The notes beneath the pieces are model-generated. The model was not told where the DNA came from. It worked only from the letters and a program-made list of their open reading frames with translations, and searched no databases. A program made the translations under genes and the position numbers. A DNA stretch of 64,000 bases. Source: Histomonas meleagridis 2922-C6/04-290x (lineage: Eukaryota > Protista > Parabasalia). Shown piece after piece: positions 33,204-45,161 of the stretch; within the stretch, counting starts at the first letter, position 1, and every line of letters begins with the position of its first letter. The DNA is taken from positions 1-64,000 of the forward strand of contig JAANOX010000233.1 of assembly GCA_020184695.1 (NCBI GenBank). Direction: 5' to 3'.

Positions 33204-34418
33204 ATGGACAAAGGAGCTTCCTCGCTCAGTTTTGGAAGCTTAAATGGTTCAGTTAAGCCCACTGAAGGAAATAACATTCCACAGATAAAAATGCCCAATG
33301 GCGCTTTTTCAGAATTAATTAAATCTATCGATGATAAAGAAGAAAATAAAACATCTAAACTTAACTTTAGCCCCACTCTTACAAAGCCAGCTGGTGATGA
33401 AAAGCAAGAGAAAGACAAAAATAATAGTACGACTGATTCATCTTTTAAGAAATACCAAAATTTATCTTTTAACAAAGCGGCTCCACAAGCCTCAACATTT
33501 AATTTTGGCAATCCGTCTGAAAGCAAAGAAGACTCAAAAGCTCCATCATCAAAATTGACCAATAATATTGACAAATTTTCTCCTGACTCCAAGAAAGATT
33601 CCAAGTTCGACTTTGCCTTCATTTCTAGACAGGACAGTCTTTCCAGTTTTAATTATCCCATCATTGATCTTCCTTCAGCCAAAACGACCTCCTCTGATAA
33701 ACGTCCTGAGATTAAACTCGAACTACCTACTCAGCCGCCTACAAGTCATCCATTTACCATTACGCCTAATTCCAGTTTTGTCTTTCCAAGCAGCAGCTCG
33801 TTTTCATCTTTATGTGATACCTATGAATTTAACTTTGGCACTGGTGTCAATTTCATTGCTTCTACGCGCTCACCTTTTGGGGCCAATTGTTTTTCCTATA
33901 CTCCCAAAGATGACGATGACATCGAAGATGATTTTGAAAATATGACCCCAGCGTTTGTTGAATCTAATGAAACAGGGGAAGAGAACGAGGAGAATCTTAT
34001 TGAGTGTAACACGAAAGTATATCAATTTAAATTTACAATAGATACCGAACTCAAAGAAGGTGAAACAAAGCCTGAAGAAAACGAATTTCTAAAAGTCGAG
34101 CGCCATAATGATAAGGATTATGTGTGTAGGAAGAAATTCGTGGTGAAAGGCGAAGGGCCGCTGCACCTGAACAAGGGAAACGGTTACTATAGAATTGTTG
34201 TCAGGAGAAACAAAGTTGGAACAATCATTGTTAACTCGAGAGTCTTCGAAAGAATGAACCCTTCGCTAAAGGATAACAAGTTGAGGATATTGTTACAAAA
34301 TATCGAGGACAAGGAAGAAGGCGTTTCGGTGTATTTGTTGAAGTTCGATGAATACGAAACAGCAGTAAAAGTGACAGAAGAAATCAAAAAAGCAATTCAA
34401 GAAATTAGTAAAAAGTGA
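33204..34418 (+). CDS. RanBD (RanBP1-domain) nucleoporin-like protein, Nup2/Nup50-type
   Basis: Low-complexity FxF/FG-rich N-terminus (FGSL, FNFG twice) and C-terminal Ran-binding domain (GEENEENL..KVYQF..KGEGPLHL..YRIVVRR..NSRV). Confidence 0.8.
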   Translation: MDKGASSLSFGSLNGSVKPTEGNNIPQIKMPNGAFSELIKSIDDKEENKTSKLNFSPTLTKPAGDEKQEKDKNNSTTDSSFKKYQNLSFNKAAPQASTFNFGNPSESKEDSKAPSSKLTNNIDKFSPDSKKDSKFDFAFISRQDSLSSFNYPIIDLPSAKTTSSDKRPEIKLELPTQPPTSHPFTITPNSSFVFPSSSSFSSLCDTYEFNFGTGVNFIASTRSPFGANCFSYTPKDDDDIEDDFENMTPAFVESNETGEENEENLIECNTKVYQFKFTIDTELKEGETKPEENEFLKVERHNDKDYVCRKKFVVKGEGPLHLNKGNGYYRIVVRRNKVGTIIVNSRVFERMNPSLKDNKLRILLQNIEDKEEGVSVYLLKFDEYETAVKVTEEIKKAIQEISKK

Positions 34419-35010
34419 TATAATGGTGTGATAATATGCGCGCTTTAATATATAATTATGAATCGAAAATGTTTGAATGTCGAATTTGCAGTTGATATGA
34501 AACATTAAATTTATACTTTCTAGAGACCTATTAACAATAGATTAGTTATTTTCCTTTAAAATTATAATATTATAATATTTTGTAATTTATTCTTTTGATC
34601 TCATTTAGTAAGGTGTATTTTCTAAGTTTAAAAAGAAAAAGAAATGATTAAAACATATTTCAAATTATTCAAATGAATAGTTTTTGCATTAACATTAATA
34701 TTTGAATACAGTTTCAACGGACATTTCGATGTTTTCTTCAGTAAAACTGAATATAGTTTTCTCAAGCTCAAATTCCTGATTAGGAATTTCAAGCAGGTTG
34801 ATGAATTATTCAAATTTTCATCTCATGTGTTTATGTTTGTAATGACATCATTAGAAATGTGCTTTTATAAAGTGCAAAACCACAAAAAAAGCCACGCGCA
34901 ATGAACTTCAGAAAATTGAGAACTCCTTAACGTAAGTTCAAATGGAGTAATTCGTAAATATATTTATCTAAGTTTGTAAAATAAAACAACAAAAAAAAAT
35001 CCAATGTCGT

Positions 35011-35529
35011 TTAGACCAAAATCTTGAGAAATTCTTCAGCACACTTACGTGCTCTCTTGTTGAGTGTAACTTTCATGTCAGATATTTCCTTGTCAACGTC
35101 CTGAAGGAATGTAATGATAAAGTCGATTAACTTCGCCAAAATCATTTGCTCTGTATGAATGTTAGTAATTAAAAAGGAGATATCATATCCTTCAATTGGC
35201 TTACGACGGAGAATACGGAATTGATCAGCACGTTGACAAAGGAATCTCATGAACATCTTTGTTAAAAGTGTATCTACATCATCAAGTTGCTTTATTTTGA
35301 CTGAAACCCTTACGCTATTGATTGATGTTTCAATATATACACATTCAATTTCAGATCTAGAAATCATTATTGGATGTCCAATAACTTCTCGAGATGTTTT
35401 TGTTTGTGTTTCGATTTCAGGCTTGTTGTGACGTTCTACATCTTGTGATGCAAAGTTTCGGAGACAAAGAGCTGATTGAAGAGAACGGCGAATAGCGTTT
35501 AAATAGGGCTGAAGGGGGCTTTGTGCCAT
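35011..35529 (-). CDS. ARPC4: Arp2/3 complex subunit 4 (p20)
   Basis: [35 protein letters not shown]...INSVRVS...[16 protein letters not shown]; ATG at 35529. Confidence 0.97.
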   Translation of the reverse strand: MAQSPLQPYLNAIRRSLQSALCLRNFASQDVERHNKPEIETQTKTSREVIGHPIMISRSEIECVYIETSINSVRVSVKIKQLDDVDTLLTKMFMRFLCQRADQFRILRRKPIEGYDISFLITNIHTEQMILAKLIDFIITFLQDVDKEISDMKVTLNKRARKCAEEFLKILV

Positions 35530-35699
35530 TGTGGACAATCGAACAATGCAAAACAGACCTTCTCAAATTATTTGAGCACTTTACTGAAAATGACATCGAG
35601 TTAACGGGTTTGATTTTTGTCCTTCTATTTTTTTGTAAAGTTTATAATTTAAGAGGCCGTTATGTATACTGTAACTTCAGTAATCAAAGAGAATTGCAA

Positions 35700-36782
35700 A
35701 TGTTTTTGCTATTTGTTTCTCTTGGATTATCATTTCAAAACATAACCATAAAATCATTAATTTATCAAGGAAATTCAATGTCTCCTTTATTCACTCCAAT
35801 TCACAATCAAAAATTATCGATATCTTTTTCATATTTTTTCAAAATGCAATCTCACTTTTTGTTTTCTTCTAATATAAGATCTATGTCAATTTTATCATCT
35901 TCTTTTTCATATTTTTTAAAATCTCCAATTAAAATTGAATCTTTAAGCTATACCTTTTTTAATGAAACATTTACTGAATCAACAATTTTTTCCAATGCTA
36001 GCCATATATTCTCCATAAAGAGTTGTACTTTTATCAATATTTCAAAATACGCAATACAATCATCTGTTCCAATTCAAATCATATCAACTCTTTTTGAATC
36101 GTGCTATGGCTGCATTAACCATGTGAATGACAACATAACAATTGATTCAAGCAAATTCTATAATTGTATTAATTCCTCATTAATTCAAGTTCAATCGCGT
36201 GATACAGTATCAATGACCAACACCAATTTCACGGAAAACAGCTGTTCAGGTATTTCACTAACGTCTCAAGATTTAATTTTTAGATATTGCGAAATCTTTC
36301 AAAACAATTTCACCGATTATATGCTTCGCCTTAGCTATTGCACAACGTTTATTTCTTATTCCATGTTTCATTCCGAGAGTAATTTTTCCCAATATGCTAT
36401 TTCGATTGGAAGTCAATCGATTGCGTCATTTAATGTTTCGATTTTTCATCTTCCAATAAATGTATACTCTGTTTTTGTTGAGTCTGGTTCTGCCGTTTTA
36501 AATTATTGTTGTTTTGACAAAAACGAAACAGAAGAAATTGATGGAAATAACGTTGTGTGCGTAAACTGCAGTTTTGGTCAAAAATGCGAAAACACTTTCT
36601 CTATTTGGTGGCTCGAACCTGAAGAAGATAGATCGAAAAGAGTAATAACAGAATTTGTTTACTTGATTTTGTTGGCGTTGGGAGCAGTGGTGCTTCTGAT
36701 TGCGGTAATTGTGGCTGTGAAAAAGAATAAGGTTGAAAGAAATAGCAATTTCGAACAGTTGGTTGACTTTCAAACAGAATGA
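35700..36782 (+). CDS. Type I membrane protein with signal peptide and beta-helix-like (F.NC/F..N) repeats, 360 aa
   Basis: MFLLFVSLGLS signal-like start at 35700, repeated SCTFIN/STLFESC/SKFYNC/TNFTEN motifs, C-terminal TM and short tail. Confidence 0.7.
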   Translation: MFLLFVSLGLSFQNITIKSLIYQGNSMSPLFTPIHNQKLSISFSYFFKMQSHFLFSSNIRSMSILSSSFSYFLKSPIKIESLSYTFFNETFTESTIFSNASHIFSIKSCTFINISKYAIQSSVPIQIISTLFESCYGCINHVNDNITIDSSKFYNCINSSLIQVQSRDTVSMTNTNFTENSCSGISLTSQDLIFRYCEIFQNNFTDYMLRLSYCTTFISYSMFHSESNFSQYAISIGSQSIASFNVSIFHLPINVYSVFVESGSAVLNYCCFDKNETEEIDGNNVVCVNCSFGQKCENTFSIWWLEPEEDRSKRVITEFVYLILLALGAVVLLIAVIVAVKKNKVERNSNFEQLVDFQTE

Positions 36783-37349
36783 ATAAATTTTTGTATTAAA
36801 CTAATGTAAAATTATTATTTTTTTTTTAATCGAAAAAATGTTAACTTGAATTTTGTTGTGGTATTTATGATTTTTTCCCCCTTTTAAATTCCAAAAATCA
36901 AAGTTAATAATTAATTTAATGTTCATTCCTATATGTCCCATACCAAACTTTTGATTTATATTAATTTGTATTCATGTTTTGACTTTATTAATTTTTCTTT
37001 TACGGCTTGCTTAATTTTAATTTTTTTTTTAAGAATGGAGGTAAAAAATTATATTGATTATTTATAAAATTAAATCAAATAGCATATGTTCAAATCTTAA
37101 TTAAATATTTTGTTCATAAAATCAAATGAGAATTCTCAAGTCCAAAAGTACTTTAGCAATTTTTATAGGTAAAAAAAATTTAAAATAATTATTCAATTTT
37201 GCAATCCTTTATTAAGACATATTTTGAACAAATGCCCTTTAGATCCAACAATTTTCAAACAAATCTCCAAGTTCTTATTCAAACGTTTAACAATAAATTC
37301 ACATTAATTTATAAAAACAAAACCTTTACATTATTCACAGTTCTATTTA

Positions 37350-39380
37350 TTAACAATACAAAGGTTCGAACTTCGCTTGGCTGATTATTCCACCAAAGAA
37401 CCAACCAGCGCAAGCCATTGATGCAACTATACACACTCTCAATATGGTAAGCACCATTTTTGTTGTTACAGCGTCACATATTTGGTCAATTGTTTCGCAT
37501 GCGCCGCGTATTCTATCAACAACAAGACTTCTACTAACATCCAATCCATCATAATTAAAACTTTCAAGTTCATTTTGTCCATTATCTTCATCAGATCCAA
37601 TTTTTTTCAAACCAGATATATCTAATATTTGTGAAATTGATGCAATATATGTATAATCAAGGTTAATAACTTTATCTTCTTCTTTATTCTCTTTGTCTTC
37701 TTCAAGAGGACTCATTGGTAGGTCTAATGCTTCTGTTCGACAACATAAAAGACAAAATAACGATACAATCGGAATAAGAACGATTAAAACCGAAAAAGGT
37801 ATTGAAACTTCGTTCGGAAGTTTAATGTCAAAATACATAAGAATAGGTAAAAGTGCCAAAAGAGAATTTGAAATTGAGAGAATTATATTCAATAAATTAT
37901 TACAAAAAGTTGAAAACGGTCGCAAAGTTATGTACAAAATTGTACACAAAAAATGAACGATAAAGATTCCAAATGCTAAGGGACGATAGACTTGGTTAGT
38001 GATAAATGTTAGAAGCAAAATGACAAGCTTAAAAACTGGAATGAAAATACCCCATCCAATCCTGTTATATTTGTACGCATAAAAAAGAAAGAAACCAGGG
38101 CTTGACATTAATGTTGTGATGCGATTCCATTTTTCATCAAGAGTTTTACCAAACATAGGAATACACCACGCAATTTTCTTGTTGACTATAATCATATAAC
38201 ACCACAAAAGTGGTTCTCCAATGACAAAGAATATAAATACAAAGAATATCATCGGACTAAAAACTTTAACTATACCAAAAGAAAAGTCTATTTGGTTGGA
38301 TGTAATTAATCTAAGAGACGTCATTCCATTACATTGATTTGCACATTCGCCAATTGTGTAAATTTGTGAACATAATGTACAAGTTCCATTAGCATTCACT
38401 AAATGTCCCATAACATTGTTTGTGATATTAGTAAATGATAAATATTGCCCTTTATCACATCCAATTTTTTTGAGTTGGAAGATATCTAAAAAAGCCGTAC
38501 AAATTGGAATGTATAAAAGATCTAAAAGAAGTAAAATAGCCTTAAGACCATATCTTCGAATAAATTTTCTTACAGATACAAATGCCTCAGATAAGCATTT
38601 AAAGGAAATCATAATTAAAATGAATGTGAGTATAACAAAAACGATAGCCGAGATGACCATAATGAAAATGGAATAAAATGGATCGAGATTTGTTGATGGT
38701 GAAATTATCCCATATCCAAATAGAAAAAGTGCCACAAAACCTAAAATTAAAATGATGAGAAAAATTGACTTTCCAGCACTTGGAGTGACGGGTTCAATGA
38801 CAGCATCAGATGAATATTTATGAAGAATGGTATCTATCTTTTCATTGGTTAAGTCACTTTTAACTCCTGGGATAACACCTTGCATATAAAAATCAACAAT
38901 TTGATAAATAATGTTGGTAAGGGATTCCGTCTTTTTAAAACAAAGACAGTGTGAATGAATAGTATATACAAAAATGGAAATAATGAGATATAAAATAGAA
39001 ACTATAAAAATAATTAGATTGTATAACTCAAAGGTCCAGCCTGAAAAATAAAAACTGCCTATGGATAAGAACAAACAAAAAACAGCAGAAATGTTGAGAA
39101 CTTGTAAAATATTTTTGATAAAAGATCCAGATATCCATGTAAATAATACATAAAGAATGGTTGGAATTCCAACAGAAAAAGCTATTACTCGAATACGATA
39201 ATCAAAATCTGGGATTTGAGGAATATACGCCCAAAGCTCATTGAAAAAATTAATAAGAAAATTAGCAAATGTTTGAAGTTGAGGTGGCAAATCATTTGCT
39301 TTCAAACTTAGTGTCATAGAAACACTTTGGAAATATCTTATTAAAGAAGAAAATGTATTGGAATCAAAAAAAATTCCCAT
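37350..39380 (-). CDS. Multi-pass membrane protein with Cys-rich extracellular loop, 676 aa, function unknown
   Basis: Many hydrophobic helices flanking a C-x-C-x-C-x-C-x-C loop; intact long ORF. Confidence 0.8.
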   Translation of the reverse strand: MGIFFDSNTFSSLIRYFQSVSMTLSLKANDLPPQLQTFANFLINFFNELWAYIPQIPDFDYRIRVIAFSVGIPTILYVLFTWISGSFIKNILQVLNISAVFCLFLSIGSFYFSGWTFELYNLIIFIVSILYLIISIFVYTIHSHCLCFKKTESLTNIIYQIVDFYMQGVIPGVKSDLTNEKIDTILHKYSSDAVIEPVTPSAGKSIFLIILILGFVALFLFGYGIISPSTNLDPFYSIFIMVISAIVFVILTFILIMISFKCLSEAFVSVRKFIRRYGLKAILLLLDLLYIPICTAFLDIFQLKKIGCDKGQYLSFTNITNNVMGHLVNANGTCTLCSQIYTIGECANQCNGMTSLRLITSNQIDFSFGIVKVFSPMIFFVFIFFVIGEPLLWCYMIIVNKKIAWCIPMFGKTLDEKWNRITTLMSSPGFFLFYAYKYNRIGWGIFIPVFKLVILLLTFITNQVYRPLAFGIFIVHFLCTILYITLRPFSTFCNNLLNIILSISNSLLALLPILMYFDIKLPNEVSIPFSVLIVLIPIVSLFCLLCCRTEALDLPMSPLEEDKENKEEDKVINLDYTYIASISQILDISGLKKIGSDEDNGQNELESFNYDGLDVSRSLVVDRIRGACETIDQICDAVTTKMVLTILRVCIVASMACAGWFFGGIISQAKFEPLYC

Positions 39381-39779
39381 TCCAAGATTTGAAAGTTACT
39401 TCGAACTTCTTCTTTGTAAAATGGAAATGTTTTGATATCTCTCAATTTTTATGAAGTTTACATTTTTCTTTTGGAATCATAAAAACGTTTTTTCCCTCTT
39501 TAATGATAGTCCAAAAAGTGTTTTTGCACAAAATTGACAGGAGAGTTCAAAAACATGAAATTTTAAAATTGTAAACTTCATAAAAACATGAAAGAGATGT
39601 GATGTGAAAACATAAGTTTTTATGAATTGGACGAATTAATGTATAACAAAGATTTCTTTTGGTTGGCATTAAAAACCCCTATGTTTCGGACCAGGTAAAT
39701 GCTTTACAATTTATAAAACAAATATATCTTTATTTCGACAGTAGAAAGATCGATGATACATCAAAAATTGTTTTAGTTT

Positions 39780-40350
39780 TTGCGTACATTTTCTTTTTTC
39801 TAAAAAGAAATACATTCAGTCAAAGTAATACACACTCTAAGTCTAATACATATGATGAATTATTTCAAAATGATATAACGAAAACTTTTTCATATTTATT
39901 AACAATCACATTGTCAATTACACATTTGTTTACTTATTATGAAACACAAACAAAAACGATTACATTAATTACATTTAATTCATCTTGTATTTACATCAAA
40001 ACAGAATTTATTTATTATGATTACACAGTTATTATTTATTAAACTTATTACAATTATTATTCGAATTTCTTTACATTTATTTATAATAATGAAATTCAAA
40101 CAAATGACAACAAAACAACAAATATCATAATAATCGTTTGTGTTATTGTTGCTGTTATTATTATAATTTCATTACTTATTATATTATTGATACGAATTAA
40201 AAATAAAAAAGAATAAAATGAAATTTCAGAACAACAAAATGATGATAACCAAACCACTAACACATTCAAAACAGGAGTATCAATCTCAAACATTTAAGAA
40301 GATCCTTTTGCAGATGACTTCAAAGAAGAGAAATTCATTGAGCAAATGTA
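39780..40350 (+). pseudogene. C-terminal relic of a surface protein (Thr/Ser-rich stalk, TM, DPFADDF tail)
   Basis: TFSQSNT..., TM IIIIVCVIVAVIIIISLLIILLI, tail EDPFADDFKEEKFIEQM; several in-frame TAA. Confidence 0.7.
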
Positions 40351-40639
40351 ATTAAGATTAATTTATCTTAAGATAAATAAATAATAAAATATACTATGTT
40401 CTAAATGTGAATCATTTTTAGTATGGTCGGTTCAAAGTCACTTCGTTATTTTCCAACATTAATTTTTGTAATAATTGTACATCAAAGTGAAATTTGTTAA
40501 TTATTGTTTATTAATGGAGAAATTTCACCAGAAACAAAAAAATGATGCATTTGTTAACATAAATGCGACAACAGTTATGACATTAGAAACATATCAAAGG
40601 GAAACATATGGAAATATGAATGTTACTAAGAGAACAACA

Positions 40640-40900
40640 CTTGACGAATGCCTCCAACACTCACATTCACTAATTCAAATACATTTACAAAATCAAATTC
40701 ACTAATTGCATCAGTTATTTATTCTTCGGATGTAACTTTAACTTTAACACATTCGTTCACTTTAACTTACTCATTATCAATTACACATTCGATTACATTT
40801 TATAGTAAATATATAAATACAATTTCATTGTTAACATTTGAATCCACTTATAGTTATATATCGACAAATGTCATTTATTACGATTACAGTGTTATATAAT
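40640..40900 (+). pseudogene. Second Thr/Ser-rich stalk relic similar to 39780-40040
   Basis: SNTFTKSN...TLTYSLSITHS...VIYYDYSVI parallels ...TITLSITH...FIYYDYTVI. Confidence 0.55.
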
Positions 40901-40926
40901 GCAACAAATCTGAATTGTGATATATG

Positions 40927-41500
40927 TTAATGAAGAGCATTGACTAAATAAGGAGTTACTAATTTCGTTGATTTTGTTTGTTTCAAAGAAAAACATGAAG
41001 AAAATGCGAATTGCCCAATTGACGTAACTGAATTTGGAATTATTATACTTTTTAAATTTGTACACCAAGAGAATACATTTTCTTCAATAGTAATTACTGA
41101 ATCAGGAATTGTTATATTTACCAAACTTGGACAAGAATGAAAAGCAGACTTTTCGTTTATTGTTATTGGATTTGAACTGGTAATATTGTTTAATGCTGAA
41201 CAACCACGAAACATAAATCTTCAAATTGAAGTTAATGAATTTGGTATTATAATATCATTCAATAAAATGAAAGAATCATTGGTCCTGTGCCAATTGCAAC
41301 AAGTTTTTCGCTGAATTTAACTGTTCTTAAATTTTGACAATACTTTTTCATTGCCAATTGATGTTACAATATTAGGAATTATAATTTCTTTTAATTTATG
41401 ACAAGATTTAAATGCGCTTGCGCCAATTTCTTTGATATTTTCAGAAAATATAACTGGCTTCAATAAGTTTTCACCTTTTATATCATCAAATCAACAACAT
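40927..41500 (-). pseudogene. BspA-like (TpLRR) leucine-rich repeat fragment
   Basis: AFHSCPSLVNITIPDSVITIEENVFSWCTNLKSIIIPNSVTSIGQFAFSSC; broken upstream. Confidence 0.85.
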
Positions 41501-42174
41501 TCAAAATCTAGATTTGATAATTAAAATAAACTTGAGATTGAACACTGTGGTGAATAAAATAAAGTTCACTCATTATAACTACAAATTTTTGTTTCTTATG
41601 GGACTAAAAAGCTGAAAAAATCAATTTTCAAAAATAGATCAGGTATAAATGTATAATTATAATGTATTGATAATTGATCTTTAATATGACTAAAGATCTT
41701 CAAATGAAATATGATTTAAAACATGATCAATGTTTTAACAAAACTATCCATCAAACAAATCTAGCGCAATTGTAAAATCTTGTGGATAGCATTTCAATAT
41801 GCGCTAATTGAACCCTGATTTGTTGGTCCGGTCATTCCCTTAACGTCCTGTTGAGATTTTCAATGCTTCATGCAAAAGTGTTTTTGTCATATGACACCAA
41901 ATTCTGAGATAAAGTATTTGATTCCGTAGTCAACTTGACAACGGTTGTGTGATGAAGTGAAGTGTCTTAAAAACACCGCAACGCACATTCAGAACCCGCA
42001 AATCGGTTGTTAGTCAGCAATTGATAACATAACCGCAATTCTCCAATCGTTTTGAATGGGACTTCGATTTTTCAATGTCAACAAACAAATCACCCACAGG
42101 AGAAAAGTCGGCTCGATTGAAAATTTTCAATGAATTATCGAAATTTTTGACAGCCAACAAAAAAATTCCCTTTT

Positions 42175-42762
42175 ATGAGAACAGGAAGAACTTTAAGGTG
42201 CGACAGCTCTAAAAGTAACTGTCAAGAGCCAAAGGAAACAACATGTAGTGGCAAAAGGTTTCAGTTTACCCAGGAAGAAGATTCTCTCCTCATCAGCCTT
42301 GTCGAAAAATATGGAAATTCAGATTGGGCTTTGATTGCATCAATGATGAAGAACCGTAATAGCCGACAATGTCGAGAACGTTGGGCTAACTATTTAAATC
42401 CCGAAATAAAAACTGGTAAATGGACACCTGAAGAAGACCAGCTTCTTCTCGAAAAGTATAATGAAATTGGTCCAAAGTGGGTCAAAATTACCAAATTTAT
42501 GAATGGGAGATCAGAGATTATGGTTAAGAATCGTTATCAAGTTATTCAAAGACGTCTCTATAAGGAAAAAAATCCAAACGCTCCAAAAAGATTTTCCAAA
42601 AAAGGTGACAAAGATGATAATATATCAAATCGTTTATCAAATTATTTTTTATCTGATACAAGAGATGAAAAAGAGATCGAACTTGAAAACCAAATAGACG
42701 TATTTCTTGACGCTTTTAATGAATTTTCTATTAATATTGAAGCCATATCAAACATGATATAA
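42175..42762 (+). CDS. R2R3 Myb-like DNA-binding protein
   Basis: FTQEEDSLL...DWALIA...RNSRQCRERWANYL...WTPEEDQLL...GPKWVKI...RSEIMVKNRY. Confidence 0.95.
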   Translation: MRTGRTLRCDSSKSNCQEPKETTCSGKRFQFTQEEDSLLISLVEKYGNSDWALIASMMKNRNSRQCRERWANYLNPEIKTGKWTPEEDQLLLEKYNEIGPKWVKITKFMNGRSEIMVKNRYQVIQRRLYKEKNPNAPKRFSKKGDKDDNISNRLSNYFLSDTRDEKEIELENQIDVFLDAFNEFSINIEAISNMI

Positions 42763-43030
42763 TATGATAAAGCTTTCCTGCGATGAACTTTTCTTTCTTT
42801 TTTTTTGGGAACAAAAGCATGTTGTGCTACTTATGGAAATCTTGTACACATCCCAGAAACAATATGAATTTCCATTTGATTTAGCACAACTTTTTAACAC
42901 ATTAACCAAAAAGTGAAAAAATCGGTTTTTTGATAACTTTTTGAATAAGACAAAGTTAACATTTTTTACAACATGATTTACAAACATTTCATGATTAACC
43001 ATCAATGAGTGGTGTTTTCTGATTAAACCA

Positions 43031-44227
43031 TCAATGAGAAGCTTTTGAAACCAAAGGAAAGTTTGCCCTTGGAAGTGAGTTTGGAATGGGATGTCTCAAT
43101 GCTCTGATGCCCTTCATGAAGTTTTTGTTATTTGCAATTTTGGGAGTCGGCCTTGGCTTTGGTGTTGCAATTGTTTTCGGCTTGAGTGGTGATAACTTTG
43201 TTGTTAAATCTGTTTTCTGTTTATAAATTGGTGGCAATTTCTTTGTATCGTTCAGTAAACGGGCTGTTTTTGCAAATTTTGTTTGTTTGAAAGAAGAGCT
43301 CCGTATTAGAGAAGGATCGACCTTAATGTCGTTATCGTCCTTAGGATTATCTCTGTCAAACAACATATCAACCTTTTTCAGCGAAACTAATTTCAAAGAA
43401 ATTTTTTCATATGACAAATTACCTGTTTGAACTATAAAAGGATGGTTCATAGCTTCCTCCAGAGTGATTCTTTTATCAACGTCAACTGTTAATAGGCTTT
43501 TTAGAAGCGATTGACATTCTTCACTTAGAAAAGTTGGGACTTTATAATCTCCAGACTTAACCTGCGCAAACAATTCATTGTGATTGCGCTTAGTCCAAGG
43601 TAAAGAACCTGTTAACATTGCATATAAAATAACACCGCAGCTCCAAATATCGCTTTTCATTCCATCATATGAATTCCCACTAAGACACTCAGGTGAAGCA
43701 TAACATGGAGATCCACATGGAGTATCCATAAGACCATTTTTCCCAACATATTTGGACAACCCAAAATCGCTTAATTTTAACATGTTCCAGGAATCAAGAA
43801 GAATGTTTTCTGGTTTGAGGTCTCTGTGAGCGATTCCAAGTGAATGTAAATATCGTAAAAAGTCGAAAATTTGATACATGAAATTTGCTGACTCCTTTTC
43901 GCTTAGCCTTTGATTATCAACTATATACTGAAAAAGCTCTCCATTAGGACAGAATTCCATAAAAATATAAAAATATGAATCATCTTTCAATAAATCAACA
44001 ATTTGAACAATTCCTGGATGGTGAAGCTGTTGACAAATTCTAACTTCCATTTCAATACGCTGCTCTGCTTCTTGATTTAAACTAGATTTTGATACAATTT
44101 TGCATGCATAATATTGTTTTGTTTCTTCGTGAAAAGCCAGTTTAACGACCGAAAACGAACCTTCTCCGACAGTGCCACGAAATTGATATCCATTAAAATG
44201 TTTTGGTATTGTAATTTCTTTTTTCAT
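43031..44227 (-). CDS. CAMK-group (AMPK/SNF1-like) Ser/Thr kinase
   Basis: GEGSFSVV, HRDLKPEN, SDFGLS, TPCGSPCYASPE, KSDIWSCG; first ATG at 44227. Confidence 0.95.
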   Translation of the reverse strand: MKKEITIPKHFNGYQFRGTVGEGSFSVVKLAFHEETKQYYACKIVSKSSLNQEAEQRIEMEVRICQQLHHPGIVQIVDLLKDDSYFYIFMEFCPNGELFQYIVDNQRLSEKESANFMYQIFDFLRYLHSLGIAHRDLKPENILLDSWNMLKLSDFGLSKYVGKNGLMDTPCGSPCYASPECLSGNSYDGMKSDIWSCGVILYAMLTGSLPWTKRNHNELFAQVKSGDYKVPTFLSEECQSLLKSLLTVDVDKRITLEEAMNHPFIVQTGNLSYEKISLKLVSLKKVDMLFDRDNPKDDNDIKVDPSLIRSSSFKQTKFAKTARLLNDTKKLPPIYKQKTDLTTKLSPLKPKTIATPKPRPTPKIANNKNFMKGIRALRHPIPNSLPRANFPLVSKASH

Positions 44228-44674
44228 TGTTTTCTGCGTTGTCACTTTTCCTAAATTTACCGAAGAAATTTTGCAAAAATCAACTCATTCTAAACTAAAA
44301 GTTTTATATCTCCATGATATTTTATGCAGCTACCAACCTCTTAACATAAGTCTTATGTCATTTAACGCAATATCAATATTTAATTAAATATGAACATACA
44401 AATAAAAAAAGGAAAATATTACTATAAAAAGTGATTATAATCACATACATATCGTATTAACTAATTCATTTATATTTATCCTCTTGTGAGTAAAAAAATA
44501 ATTAAAAATTAATCAAATTAATAACCAATAATTAAGGTATTGAAAATTATTTCCGAATCTTATCTTAATTGCATGGAGTATGTTAAATTTATTTTATTGA
44601 TGACTCATATAAGTAGCACTTAAAATCATGAATCCAAAAAAACGAAAGAAATTAAAAAAAACGTTTATTTTCGA

Positions 44675-44711
44675 AACCGCCCAAAAGGGGGTTTGGTCGA
44701 CCTTTTGGAGG
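44675..44711 (+). promoter_or_regulatory. M5-type (CCTTT) initiator and reversed M3-like element upstream of RPL27A
   Basis: CCTTT at 44701-44705, AACCGC at 44675-44680; these match the Trichomonas vaginalis motif 5 / motif 3 core promoter elements. Confidence 0.55.
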
Positions 44712-45161
44712 ATGCCAACTCGCTTTAAGAAGTCAAGAAAACTTCGTGGTCAAGAGTCAATGGGTTACGGTCGTGTCGGAAAGCACAGGAAGTCACCAGG
44801 AGGTTGCGGTAATGCCGGTGGTCAACATCATCAAAGAACTTGGTTCGATCGCTACCACCCAGGTTACTTCGGTAAAGTTGGTATGCGTAGACTTCACGTT
44901 TTCAAATGCCGTGAATGGGAACCAATCATCAATATTGACAAACTTTGGACATTAGTTCCAGAAGAAGTTCGCAATCAAGCCGCTCTTAAGAAGGAAGGTG
45001 ATGCAGTTCCAGTAATTGATTGTGTTGCCAATGGATTCTTCAAAGTTGTTGGACGTGGCGAACTCCCACAAATTCCATTAATTGTTCGTGCAAAGGATTT
45101 CTCACAATCTGCTGAAAGGAAGATCAAAGCTGCTGGTGGTGCTTGCGAAAAGGTCAAATAA
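44712..45161 (+). CDS. RPL27A: 60S ribosomal protein L27a (uL15)
   Basis: [36 protein letters not shown]...[11 protein letters not shown]; ATG at 44712. Confidence 0.98.
   Translation: MPTRFKKSRKLRGQESMGYGRVGKHRKSPGGCGNAGGQHHQRTWFDRYHPGYFGKVGMRRLHVFKCREWEPIINIDKLWTLVPEEVRNQAALKKEGDAVPVIDCVANGFFKVVGRGELPQIPLIVRAKDFSQSAERKIKAAGGACEKVK

Noticed and set aside
40361-40378. 18-bp palindrome ATTTATCTTAAGATAAAT
   Set aside because: Almost all A/T in a pseudogene 3' flank; plausible by chance.
44628-44711. N-terminal extensions given by the ORF track for RPL27A, RPS28, ARPC4, SNARE and the PHF5A-like gene
   Set aside because: They cover promoter motifs or use non-ATG starts; conserved N-termini begin at downstream ATGs.
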